DNA from: Pseudomonadota bacterium
Lineage (GTDB): Bacteria; Pseudomonadota; Gammaproteobacteria; Enterobacterales; JBCCZV01
Length of the DNA: 64,000 bases
Direction of reading: 5' to 3'
Assembly: GCA_039187085.1 (NCBI GenBank)
Contig: JBCCZV010000004.1
Span: forward strand, 2,492-66,491
In this document: piece after piece, positions 11,117-20,169 of the stretch
Layout: the number at the start of each line of letters is the position of its first letter
How positions within the stretch are numbered: position 1 is the first letter of the stretch
Translations under genes and position numbers: made by a program
Notes under the pieces: generated by a model
Told to the model about the DNA's origin: nothing
What the model saw: the letters and a program-made list of their open reading frames with translations, nothing else
Databases searched by the model: none

Positions 11117-11213
11117 TGATTAAAAGACGCCAAGAACAAGGCAGGAAATCATAGAAGATGCCAGTGGTGTTGAAACCATTGAATCATCGTGTTTTCCCGC
11201 ACGAAATCAATAG

Positions 11214-11380
11214 CTTGTAGGGCTGGTATCCTGACTCGTCGTGATAACCCGTTAAAACCCTTCCCAGCTTTTGGCCAGTGGTTTTTGTTTTAAAAGCACG
11301 ACTTACAGTTGCGGGCACAGTTACGGATTTTCACCGTATTCCCATTTAATGCTTTCAATACTTGAATGCAACCCTACAAG
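11214..11380 (-). promoter_or_regulatory. cobalamin (B12) riboswitch aptamer; expression platform runs on to about 11117
   Basis: Minus strand reads CTTGTAGG...GGGAATACGGTGAAAATCCGTAACTGTGCCCGCAACTGTAAG...CCACTGGCCAAAAGCTGGGAAGG...AGTCAGGATACCAGCCCTACAAG. This gives the conserved GGTGAAAATCC / CCCGCAACTGTAA core and a B12 box (AGTCAGGATACCAGCC). An 8-bp P1 forms between CTTGTAGG and CCTACAAG. Confidence 0.88.
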
Positions 11381-11472
11381 TTTCATGGAGCGGAATCATA
11401 GCAAAGTCTTTGTGTGATGTCGATGCTGAAATACTCGTTTAACAAAACACATTGAATGAGTTGCTTCATATA

Positions 11473-12462
11473 TCACTTCTTTTCGTCAGTGGACTCTTCT
11501 GCAAAAGCATCATCCCAAGAAGGCTGTTCTTCATCATTGAAGTCGTCAGTTTCTGCAAAAGCATCATCCCAAGAAGGATCTTCCTCTCCTTCGGAAGTTT
11601 CTGCTTCTTGCTCAATGTCTGGCATCGCAGCCTCTTCATCAGCTTGTGAAACTGGAGTAGCTTCCTCAGATTCAGCATTTTCTTCGGATTCAAAACTTTC
11701 TTCATTATCAACCGAGGCATCAGCAGTATCTTCTGCAACCTGGCTCGTTGAAGCTTGCGAGTCATCTGACACATCAACATCTCCAGAAGCTGGCGTATCT
11801 TCTGTGCCTAAAGCACGTTTTGAAAAAGCCGACATGGCTTCAACAATTTCTTCAGCCGTCATATCCTGGCTGTTGACTTCTTCACCAAACATGGAAGAAT
11901 ATTCAGCGAATATATTATTTAATGTTTTTAATGTTTTGTGTATTTCCCGTTTTAAATCTTTATTTTCACTTTGTAAATCTGATACCTTGGACTCAGATGT
12001 TTCTAATTCTTTACGTATACCCTCTTCGCCAACCTCTGCATTACTTTCAGATGATGACTCACCCTCCGTTGATGAAGGAGCCTCTTGCACACCACCTGAA
12101 GCGTTAATTTCCTGCTGTAATAAAAAAGTGGTTGTTTCATTGTATTGATCAACCAAATCAGACAATTTTTCATGATCATTGTGTAATACACCATCCATCA
12201 AATGAATAACGAAATTGTTACGAACTTGATTGAACCCTTTTAATTTTCCGTGAGAATTTTCTTCCTCAACACCAATCGCCCCAAAAAAATCTTGTGCCAT
12301 TTTTTCTTGATTAGGTTTAGTTTCAATCATTCGATTTTTAAGGTTTTCTAAAATCTTCTTTTTATTTTTTCGATTTTTAAACCAACTTACAATGAATATA
12401 ATGTTCAACAACAATGGAATGAATAATAATTCTGCGGTTAAAATCCAAAAGTCCATATTCAT
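11473..12462 (-). CDS. hypothetical bitopic membrane protein with coiled-coil and extremely acidic C-terminal tail
   Basis: 329 aa. N-terminal TM helix FWILTAELLFIPLLLNIIFIVSWF followed by KNRKNKKK, so positive-inside predicts the C-terminus is cytoplasmic. Central heptad-like region, then a D/E/S-rich tail ending in two PSWDDAFAE motifs. The ATG overlaps the vWA gene stop (ATGA). I recognise no family. Confidence 0.6.
   Translation of the reverse strand: MNMDFWILTAELLFIPLLLNIIFIVSWFKNRKNKKKILENLKNRMIETKPNQEKMAQDFFGAIGVEEENSHGKLKGFNQVRNNFVIHLMDGVLHNDHEKLSDLVDQYNETTTFLLQQEINASGGVQEAPSSTEGESSSESNAEVGEEGIRKELETSESKVSDLQSENKDLKREIHKTLKTLNNIFAEYSSMFGEEVNSQDMTAEEIVEAMSAFSKRALGTEDTPASGDVDVSDDSQASTSQVAEDTADASVDNEESFESEENAESEEATPVSQADEEAAMPDIEQEAETSEGEEDPSWDDAFAETDDFNDEEQPSWDDAFAEESTDEKK
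11497..11577 (-). repeat. exact 27-nt in-frame direct repeat (two copies, 54-nt period)
   Basis: ttctgcaaaagcatcatcccaagaagg occurs at 11497-11523 and again at 11551-11577. On the coding (minus) strand each copy encodes PSWDDAFAE. Confidence 0.95.
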
Positions 12463-14390
12463 GTAGTGCTTTCCTCATTGTCTTCTTCAGCACCCAATTC
12501 TCTCTTTAATGCTTCGACGGTAGATTGTGATGATTTTTTTGAACGCTTCCAAACTAAATAACCAATAGCACCGATAACCAGATTAATCACTAAACCCAAT
12601 GAAGCCCACAATAACAAATTAGAACCTCCTTCAGCTGGCTGGCTCTCTTCATCTGTTTCTTCTGGTGGTGTTTCTTCAGCTGAAGTTTCTTCCGTTTTTA
12701 CTTCTTGCTCAGGTTCTGCAGGCTTTTCAATTTCCTCAGGAGGTTCGGGTTCTTTAACAGGTTCTTTAACTTCTATTATGGGCTGCTCAAAAATAAAGCT
12801 AGGTAAACTCACACTGAAATCTCTTTGTGTTATCGTTTTACCCGATGCAGAAAAATCAACCGTGTAACGTCCACCTTTTTCCGAGAAAGGAACTCGAATG
12901 ACTTTGCGTATGGAGCCAAAGTCTTCTGCTTCTAATTCCAGTTCAGTGCCTTCTGGCGTCAGTATTTTTGCTTTTACAGTGAAGTTTTCCGTAGAAATAA
13001 CTTCTTCTTTGGGCGTGATTTCTAATTGATGGGTCACACCGGGTTTATCAGAAACAATAGGGTGGATATCCATAGGCGATCCATAGACATTCATTTGAAA
13101 ACGTTTTTGCCGTTTAAATGTTGGGCTATCCGCATTGATAACAACATCAACTTTGCCAGATTCTTCACCAACATTAAGCAACGAAGTGAAAACACCATCA
13201 CCGTCTTTTTCATCACTCGCTTTACCATCATCCATTGCTTCAACCGCAAATTTTTCTTGTTCTTCTTTAAGAATACTATTTGAGATTGTTGCTAATTCTA
13301 AAAATTCAGATTTGGTAATGATTTTATCATCTTGTTGAAGAGTAACTTTTAAGAGAAGTTTCTCATTGGCTAAAACATTATTAGGTAAACTGGATGTTAC
13401 CATTTTTAAATTGGAGACAATCATTACTCGATTATCAGGATCCATATCAGCTTGAATCATCCACGTGCCAGGTTCAGGAGTTTTTATTGTCACTAAATCA
13501 AAGTTGACATCTTCAAACCAAGAAACCGTTGCAATTTTTGATGAGCTAGTAATTTTTTGTTTCGATGGAGATACTAATACTGTTTGAGGAGCATCTTTTT
13601 TGGTGAATACTAATAAAGTGAATTCTTCTATAGCTTTATCAATATCAAACTCATTACCTTCAATAGGCACTTTATCTCTATCTGTGGCCTGCTCAAAAAT
13701 TTTTAAAAAAACCGGCGTTAGTTCCTCAGCCTTTTCAACTTGATTAAACCAACCATCCGTTTCTTTAGACAATCTTTGCAATAAATTGATATCAGCATCT
13801 TTAGACAGTGCAACCGTATGTATATTTACACCTGCATTTTTCAGTTGTGGTAGTACCTCTTTAATAATTTTGACTCTGGCTTGCGCATTTTGAAAAGAAT
13901 CTTTTGAAATATCAACAACACCATCAGTTAGCAAGATTAAACTTCTTTTCTCTTCATCATTTTTTGATAGCCAATCATAACTAGCCTTTATCATCGCATC
14001 ACCAATGTTGGTAAACATTGCATTTGACTTAATGGTTGGCGCAGCTTTATTGGCCATATCTTTCCAAGCATCATCAACTTTCTTATGAGGTACCAACATA
14101 TTTACATATTTGCCAAATGACCAGACTCCAGCTTCACTATCTGGTGGCATAAGATTGGTAATTAGCTGTAAGGCAGGAACACGAAGGTTTTCTGGATCAT
14201 TTTTTTTCATACTTCCTGAAACATCAATCAAGACACGAACATCACTTCGTTTCTGTTGAGGTTCTTCAGCAAGAATACTCATTGAAAGCAAGAAAGCAAA
14301 AGTAGATATCAACAAGCTTGGTTTTCTGCTAGCAGCGATTAGAATAAAGTCTTGTAGAAACCGAATAGCTGAAAGCATATGACAAAACAC
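12459..14390 (-). CDS. membrane-anchored periplasmic von Willebrand factor A (vWA) domain protein
   Basis: 643 aa. GGAG-N7-GTG start and N-terminal signal/anchor. vWA domain with MIDAS DVSGSM...LLTDG. About 330 aa of beta-rich middle region, a P/E-rich linker, a C-terminal TM (SNLLLWASLGLVINLVIGAIGYLVW) and a KRSKK plus 24-aa acidic tail. Confidence 0.75.
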   Translation of the reverse strand: MFCHMLSAIRFLQDFILIAASRKPSLLISTFAFLLSMSILAEEPQQKRSDVRVLIDVSGSMKKNDPENLRVPALQLITNLMPPDSEAGVWSFGKYVNMLVPHKKVDDAWKDMANKAAPTIKSNAMFTNIGDAMIKASYDWLSKNDEEKRSLILLTDGVVDISKDSFQNAQARVKIIKEVLPQLKNAGVNIHTVALSKDADINLLQRLSKETDGWFNQVEKAEELTPVFLKIFEQATDRDKVPIEGNEFDIDKAIEEFTLLVFTKKDAPQTVLVSPSKQKITSSSKIATVSWFEDVNFDLVTIKTPEPGTWMIQADMDPDNRVMIVSNLKMVTSSLPNNVLANEKLLLKVTLQQDDKIITKSEFLELATISNSILKEEQEKFAVEAMDDGKASDEKDGDGVFTSLLNVGEESGKVDVVINADSPTFKRQKRFQMNVYGSPMDIHPIVSDKPGVTHQLEITPKEEVISTENFTVKAKILTPEGTELELEAEDFGSIRKVIRVPFSEKGGRYTVDFSASGKTITQRDFSVSLPSFIFEQPIIEVKEPVKEPEPPEEIEKPAEPEQEVKTEETSAEETPPEETDEESQPAEGGSNLLLWASLGLVINLVIGAIGYLVWKRSKKSSQSTVEALKRELGAEEDNEESTT

Positions 14391-14567
14391 GTTTTGACTC
14401 CTTAAAAACCCAGAGTGAAACTAACTTACCTATTTTCAGCAAGTTATCACTTAGTAATCGCTCTTCAATAATGGCATTTATTGTTTAAGTGTAGTCAAAA
14501 GGGAAAAATTTGCTTGCAAACAAAGGGATAGGCCAGAAAAAGCTCATTTGAATGTCAGATATGGGTT

Positions 14568-14996
14568 TTAGTCAAACCAATCGATAACGTAATCTTCTAA
14601 ATCTTCTATTTCATGTTCTGAAATCACTCGACCTTGAACTGACTTGCCAAGCTCATGAATGCGATTTTTATCATTACAGACTAAATGGTGCCACTCAGGT
14701 AAATCTTGACCTAACCATACACGTCGGTATGCACAACTATCAGGTAACCAATCCATTTCTGGTACTTTTTTAGGTGTTAGCTTAACACAGCCAGGAACGA
14801 ATTTTTTTCGATTTTTATAATCTTTACAGTGACATGTCTGTGTATCTAACATAAAGCAGGATACATTGGTTTGGTAAAGTTCGTTGGTTTCATGATCTTC
14901 TAATACGTTGACGCAACATTTCCCACAACCATCACACAGCTGTTCCCATTCTTGTGATGTCATTTCCTCCAAAGATTTTTTTTTCCAAAAGCTCAT
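14568..14996 (-). CDS. ycgN: YcgN family cysteine-cluster protein (UPF0260)
   Basis: 142 aa with CDGCGKCC and further Cys motifs. Colinear with E. coli YcgN. Confidence 0.85.
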   Translation of the reverse strand: MSFWKKKSLEEMTSQEWEQLCDGCGKCCVNVLEDHETNELYQTNVSCFMLDTQTCHCKDYKNRKKFVPGCVKLTPKKVPEMDWLPDSCAYRRVWLGQDLPEWHHLVCNDKNRIHELGKSVQGRVISEHEIEDLEDYVIDWFD

Positions 14997-15655
14997 AAGC
15001 GCTTAACCCAAGTCTCTATTTTAAGCTTATCATCAAGACTCGCTACTATCTTGTCACCATCCATTAAAGCACCAACACCAGCAGGTGTTCCGGTCATCAA
15101 TACATCACCCTTTTTAATATCACACCAAGACACTATTGAACGAACCTGCTCTGTGACAGTAAAAATCATATCTTTGGCTATTCCCTGCTGGCGGTGTTGC
15201 GTATTGACAAACAATGAAAAAGTCAGGTTTTTAAACGTCTTAAAAGGATAATTTAGCCAAGGTCCGATGGGGCAACTGCCATCAAAGGCTTTAGCTGCTT
15301 CCCAAGGCAAACCCTTCGATTTAAGTATTGACTGTAACCCTCGCCGTGTTAGATCAAGACCAATAGAAACACCCACTATTGCTGATTCAATTTCTTCATC
15401 TTTTAATGATTCATTCGTTCGACTTATTGGATTGCCAAACAAAAGTGCAAGCTCTAATTCGTGGTGTACTTCACCAAACGCTTTCGGAATGAGTAAAGGA
15501 GCCCGCAAATCAACCCAGGCACTAGCAGGCTTCATAAACACCACAGGCTCCTCAGGAACTGTGTTGTTGAGTTCTTGTGCATGGTTTTGAAAATTTCGTC
15601 CAATACAAAAGATCCGGTTAACTGAAGGCCACTCATTTTGAACTGTCATTGTCAT
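14993..15655 (-). CDS. ycgM: fumarylacetoacetate hydrolase family protein (YcgM-like)
   Basis: 220 aa FAH-fold C-terminal domain (GRNFQNHAQE...GTPAGVG). 4-nt overlap with ycgN. Confidence 0.85.
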   Translation of the reverse strand: MTMTVQNEWPSVNRIFCIGRNFQNHAQELNNTVPEEPVVFMKPASAWVDLRAPLLIPKAFGEVHHELELALLFGNPISRTNESLKDEEIESAIVGVSIGLDLTRRGLQSILKSKGLPWEAAKAFDGSCPIGPWLNYPFKTFKNLTFSLFVNTQHRQQGIAKDMIFTVTEQVRSIVSWCDIKKGDVLMTGTPAGVGALMDGDKIVASLDDKLKIETWVKRL

Positions 15656-15685
15656 AATTTTTCTGTTGAAAATTCCGGGGGGTTT

Positions 15686-15940
15686 TTATGACTGTATTTG
15701 TTCTGATAAAGTTAAGGGTGGCATCTGGACATAAAAGCCCTCCTCCTCAAGTTTTCGAGTCACCTCTTTAATGTCTGCTCTTGCTAAATTTTCTCTTTTG
15801 GATAAGTTCACCATCATAGAAAACTCAGGTTTACCAAATACTTTTAACAAAGGTTCGGGGACAGCATCAAAAGCATCTTTTTCTTTAAGATACAAATAGG
15901 TTTCTAATTTATTAGGGCTTCGGTAGATATAACAAATCAC
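15686..15940 (-). CDS. ycgL: YcgL domain protein
   Basis: 84 aa, (M)ICYIYRSPNKLETYLYL... typical YcgL opening. GTG start. Confidence 0.8.
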   Translation of the reverse strand: MICYIYRSPNKLETYLYLKEKDAFDAVPEPLLKVFGKPEFSMMVNLSKRENLARADIKEVTRKLEEEGFYVQMPPLTLSEQIQS

Positions 15941-16001
15941 TCGGACTTCTCTAGTTTGTTAATATTAATCTGTTAAGTTAACAGCTTTCTGGGTTAAAAG
16001 A

Positions 16002-17162
16002 TTATTTTCGCTCTGCAGCCAAAGCATTTGATTTTATATAGCGTGAAATAGATACTTCAAACTTGTCTTGAAGCAAAGCCTTACGCCAACCCCGCCACAA
16101 ACGCGGTGGCTCAGATAATTTATCCAATCGAAAAAGTATGTATTGTTCAAGGAATTTTTTATTAACGAGATAGCTCAGTGGAATATTCATAGACTCGGCC
16201 GCTTGACTTGCAATGCTGCGAAGTTCTTCCAGTAAAGGCTTACTATGCTGGACATCTAAAATATTAACAATGCGCGCCGGTTTATCCATTTCTGGAATCG
16301 CCAAACCCAATTCAACACAACGCAGTAAACGCTGACCAAAACGCCTCACATCACTTGAATGTAAATCTTTTGCTTTAGAGAGGCGCCCTACACTGTTGGG
16401 TTGAATTTTAGCAATTTCCAACAAGGCAGCATCCTTGACGATGAAATTCCGAGGTAAGTTTTGTTCTCGCGCTTTTAATTCACGCCACGCAGCGAGCTCT
16501 CTTAGCACCGCTAACTCTTTAGGTTTGAGTCGAAAAGCACCTTTTACTTTTAGGTACATGTCTTCTGGAATGGGGTGATAGCGCTTTTTATCTAAAATAG
16601 CATTACAATCTTCTAGAAAATAATCGTAGAGTCCGCGACTTTTCAGTGTATTAACTTGTTTCTCATAAATCGCTTCTAAGTAAGCCACATCATCAGCAGC
16701 GTAGTTTAATAAATCTTCTGATAAGGGGCGAGCCAGCCAATCAGCACGTGACAATCCTTTTGGTACCGTTTTGTCAAAATAATGCTCCACTAAATAACTA
16801 TAACCCACTTGAGGGCCTATGCCCAAAAGCGCCGCTGCCATTTGTGTATCGAACAACTGGCTGGGTAGTTGGTGAAAATGATGAAAAAGCGCATCAACAT
16901 CTTCACCACAAGCATGAATAATTTTGACGATATTGGGAGAGACGATCAGTTGCTTGAGTGGTGTCGTGTCTTTTATAGAGACTAAATCAATAACATGGCA
17001 AACACCATCAACCGCGATTTGAACTAACCCCAACATCGGATAGTAGCTTTTATCACGCACAAACTCCGTGTCTATAGCAACAAATGCTTGCTTCATCCAT
17101 ATATTAACAGCCTGACTTAAGGCAGAATCTTCGGTGATATAATTAAATTGCAATAAAGTCAC
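16002..17162 (-). CDS. rnd: ribonuclease D
   Basis: 386 aa. DEDD 3'-5' exonuclease motifs (AIDTEF, HACGEDV, YAADDV) plus HRDC region. GTG start. Confidence 0.9.
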   Translation of the reverse strand: MTLLQFNYITEDSALSQAVNIWMKQAFVAIDTEFVRDKSYYPMLGLVQIAVDGVCHVIDLVSIKDTTPLKQLIVSPNIVKIIHACGEDVDALFHHFHQLPSQLFDTQMAAALLGIGPQVGYSYLVEHYFDKTVPKGLSRADWLARPLSEDLLNYAADDVAYLEAIYEKQVNTLKSRGLYDYFLEDCNAILDKKRYHPIPEDMYLKVKGAFRLKPKELAVLRELAAWRELKAREQNLPRNFIVKDAALLEIAKIQPNSVGRLSKAKDLHSSDVRRFGQRLLRCVELGLAIPEMDKPARIVNILDVQHSKPLLEELRSIASQAAESMNIPLSYLVNKKFLEQYILFRLDKLSEPPRLWRGWRKALLQDKFEVSISRYIKSNALAAERK

Positions 17163-17205
17163 CTAACCATAAAAAAACAAAAACATTCATTCTCTTACTA
17201 AAGCA

Positions 17206-18876
17206 TTAAGCAGCCGTGCGATCTCTCAATTCACGACGCAATATCTTGCCAACATTCGACTTGGGAAGCTCCGTCATAAATTCAACAAACTTAGGCACTT
17301 TATAAGCGGTTAACCTTTCTTTCGCATAGCTAATTAACTCTTTATCAGTAACGGATTGATCCTTTTTTACCACAAAGATCTTCACAACTTCTCCTGAAGA
17401 TTCTGAAGGAACTCCAACAGCAGCAACTTCTAACACCCCTTCATGCGCAACAACGACATCCTCAATTTCATTTGGATAGACATTGAAACCAGAAACAAGA
17501 ATCATATCTTTTTTACGATCGACAATACGCAAATACCCTTCGGCACTCATAGCTGCCATATCACCGGTGTAAAGCCAACGATCTTTGTCAAGTACTTTGT
17601 CTGTTTCTTCTTGCCTTTGCCAATATTCTCGCATCACCTGAGGGCCTCGTACGCAAAGTTCGCCCGCTTCATCCAAGCCTACTTCCTTCCCCTCTTCATC
17701 GCGAATACTGATTTCTGTTGAAGGGATGGGTAAGCCAATGGTTCCATTATATTTTTCAAGCGCCAGAGAATTGATACAAACAGCAGGGGAAGTTTCTGTA
17801 AGCCCATAAGCTTCAAGAAGTGGTTTACCTGTAATTTCATGCCAACGCTCGGCCACCGAACTTTGCACAGCCATACCGCCACCCAATGCAAATTTGAGGT
17901 GGCTAAAGTCAACATCCTTAAAACTTTCTGTATTAAGTAGCCCATTGAATAAAGTATTAACACCCGTTATGGCAGTAAATTTGAGATTTTTTATTTCTTT
18001 GACAAAGTTTTGCATATCTCTTGGGTTAGTGATCAAGTAGTTCAATCCACCCAATTTTACGAAAGTCAAACAGTTAGCTGTTAGCGAGAAAATATGGTAA
18101 AGAGGCAACGCCGTCACAATCACTTCACGACCTTGATCCATACTCGGCTTTAACCATGCGGACGATTGCTCAAGATTAGCAATAATGTTTTTGTGGGTTA
18201 ACACGGCACCCTTGGCAACACCCGTTGTCCCTCCCGTATATTGAAGAAAGGCAATATCTTCACCATTAACTTCAACAGGTTTAAACGTACAAGACTTGCC
18301 TTGTGCCAACGCATCTCGAAAAGAACGAGCCCCTGTCAAATGAAAATCAGGCACCATCTTTTTGACGTGTTTGATGACAAAGTTCACTAAAAAGCGTTTA
18401 AGAGGGTTGAGCATGTCACCAATAGCCGTCGTCACAATATGCTCTATCGGGGTATCTGACACAGTTTCTTCTAGTGTGCCTGCAAAGTTTTCTATGATAA
18501 CAATAGCTTTAGCGCCTGAGTCGTTTAGCTGATGCTTCAGCTCTCTCGCTGTGTACATAGGGTTAACATTAACCACCGTCAAGCCTGCTCTTAGCGCGCC
18601 AAACATAGCTATTGGATATTGCAAAACATTAGGCATCATGATAGCGATTCTATCGCCTTTTCTAAGATCCAATTTATTCTGTAAATATGCAGCGAAAGCT
18701 AGGGATAATTCATCGAGTTCACGGAAACTGATTTGAGTTCCCATATTTTCAAAACAAGGCCGTTCTCCGAATTTCGTCACCGATTGTGCAAGCACATCGT
18801 TCATAGAAGAATAGGCATCGGGGTTTATATTTTCTGGAACTCCAGTCTGATAGTTTTTCAACCAAATTTTTTCCAT
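17206..18876 (-). CDS. fadD: long-chain fatty acid-CoA ligase
   Basis: 556 aa. AMP-binding motif [12 protein letters not shown], plus TGD and GKILRRELR motifs. Adjacent to rnd as in many gammaproteobacteria. Confidence 0.9.
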   Translation of the reverse strand: MEKIWLKNYQTGVPENINPDAYSSMNDVLAQSVTKFGERPCFENMGTQISFRELDELSLAFAAYLQNKLDLRKGDRIAIMMPNVLQYPIAMFGALRAGLTVVNVNPMYTARELKHQLNDSGAKAIVIIENFAGTLEETVSDTPIEHIVTTAIGDMLNPLKRFLVNFVIKHVKKMVPDFHLTGARSFRDALAQGKSCTFKPVEVNGEDIAFLQYTGGTTGVAKGAVLTHKNIIANLEQSSAWLKPSMDQGREVIVTALPLYHIFSLTANCLTFVKLGGLNYLITNPRDMQNFVKEIKNLKFTAITGVNTLFNGLLNTESFKDVDFSHLKFALGGGMAVQSSVAERWHEITGKPLLEAYGLTETSPAVCINSLALEKYNGTIGLPIPSTEISIRDEEGKEVGLDEAGELCVRGPQVMREYWQRQEETDKVLDKDRWLYTGDMAAMSAEGYLRIVDRKKDMILVSGFNVYPNEIEDVVVAHEGVLEVAAVGVPSESSGEVVKIFVVKKDQSVTDKELISYAKERLTAYKVPKFVEFMTELPKSNVGKILRRELRDRTAA

Positions 18877-19263
18877 CCGGTAGCTCTCTCTGTGTTTCTC
18901 ATCAATTTGTTATGCAATATTTGCGTCAAATTAACTCATTTGGGCTTCTTCGGTCAAACGCTTACCTATCAAGACATGCAAAACGTCTTGATGACACTTG
19001 CTTTGCCAAACCCTAAGGCCAAAGATGCGACTAAAATTACATACATATTTTTGTTACAGAAATACGACTTAATAAGTCTCATTGGCTTTGTTTAATACTT
19101 GATGTTCGGACAAACACTGTTTAATGAAAGCTTATTTTACAAACAAAAAGCAACACAAGCATTTGATTTTAATATAATTAATTATTATAGCATTCTAGTG
19201 CTACACTAAACTCATAAAACCTTTAAGCAACAAAATATTTCTAAAGTTTACGGAGCCCTATAA

Positions 19264-20061
19264 ATGAAAAGCGTCAGTATATCCGATCTTTCGATACTGC
19301 TTGTTGAGCCCTCTCTGATGCAACGCAAAATTATTTTGTCGATGCTTGAAGAATCTGGTGCCCAAAAAATAGAAGGTGTTGGTTCAGCTGAAGAGGCTTT
19401 AATTCGCCTTCAAACATTCATTCCTGATTTAGTCATCAGTAATTTATATTCAGGGGAAATGACAGGAGCAGACTTGGTGATGAAGTTACGCCAATCAGAA
19501 AAGATGGAACATATTCCTTTTATGCTTATTTCAAGCGAAAACCGTTTTAAAGCGCTAGATCCCGTACGTCAGGCAGGTGTTGTCGCTATTTTGCCTAAAC
19601 CCTTTGAAATAAAAGCACTGAAACGCGCACTGGCCGCTACTGTTGACTTTATTGAAGCCGAAGAGCTCGATTTAGAGCATTATGATATAGAAGATATTCG
19701 TGTATTACTGGTTGACGATAGTAACACCGCTAGAAAGCATATAGCGCGTGTTTTAGAAAGTTTAGGCGTTAAACATATTACAACTGCAAACAATGGAAAA
19801 GAAGCGAGCAAGCTCATCGACGAATCGATTTTTGATTTGATAGTAACCGATTACAACATGCCAGAAATGGATGGCGAAGCTTTAATACAACATATTCGCC
19901 AGAATACACACTTATCTCATGTTCCTATTCTCATGGTCACCAGCGAGTCGAATAATGCGCGATTGGCTAATATTCAGCAAGAAGGTATGTCTGCTGTTTG
20001 TGATAAACCTTTCGAACCTCAAGATGTAAGAAGTACTTTGGCTCGTCTTTTGAGTGAGTAG
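19264..20061 (+). CDS. stand-alone response regulator with two receiver domains (first one degenerate)
   Basis: 265 aa. REC2 is canonical (LLVDDS, VTDYNMPEMDG, MVTSES, DKPF). REC1 has EP in place of the acidic pair and ISN (Asn60, codon 19441-19443) in place of the phospho-acceptor Asp. No output domain. Confidence 0.8.
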   Translation: MKSVSISDLSILLVEPSLMQRKIILSMLEESGAQKIEGVGSAEEALIRLQTFIPDLVISNLYSGEMTGADLVMKLRQSEKMEHIPFMLISSENRFKALDPVRQAGVVAILPKPFEIKALKRALAATVDFIEAEELDLEHYDIEDIRVLLVDDSNTARKHIARVLESLGVKHITTANNGKEASKLIDESIFDLIVTDYNMPEMDGEALIQHIRQNTHLSHVPILMVTSESNNARLANIQQEGMSAVCDKPFEPQDVRSTLARLLSE

Positions 20062-20062
20062 C

Positions 20063-20087
20063 CTAGCAAAAATATTTTCATTGCTAG
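20063..20087 (+). terminator. possible hairpin after the response regulator gene
   Basis: ctagcaa-N11-ttgctag, a 7-bp stem just after the stop codon. No strong U-run. Confidence 0.3.
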
Positions 20088-20169
20088 ACGCCTTAAAAAC
20101 TAGCATGTATCTTTGCTTTCTATCTTTAGATTCGTTATTGAATAGCGAAATAAAAAACAGGGAACTTCC

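Noticed and set aside
11456-12148. 230-aa Ser-rich ORF on the plus strand, plus 65-104 aa ORFs in the same region
   Set aside because: It lies exactly antisense to the D/E-rich tail of the 329-aa acidic protein. GAA/GAT/GAG-rich coding sequence read backwards gives stop-free TTC/ATC/CTC frames. It has no SD, and the minus-strand gene has the ATGA coupling and TM/coiled-coil logic. This is a shadow ORF.
12462-12631. C-terminus of the vWA protein (..PAEGGSNLLLWASLGLVINLVIGAIGYLVWKRSKK..) resembles a GlyGly-CTERM/PEP-CTERM type sorting signal
   Set aside because: The motif is followed by 24 more residues rather than ending the protein. No rhombosortase or exosortase gene is in the window. I treat it as an ordinary TM anchor with a short cytoplasmic tail.
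18951-18992. Weak FadR-like site (cGGTCaaACg) and a 7-bp inverted repeat (tcaagac-N9-gtcttga, about 18970-18992) upstream of fadD
   Set aside because: The FadR-like site has two core mismatches and no dyad symmetry. The inverted repeat has no known consensus or flanking U-run. Either could be chance in AT-rich DNA.
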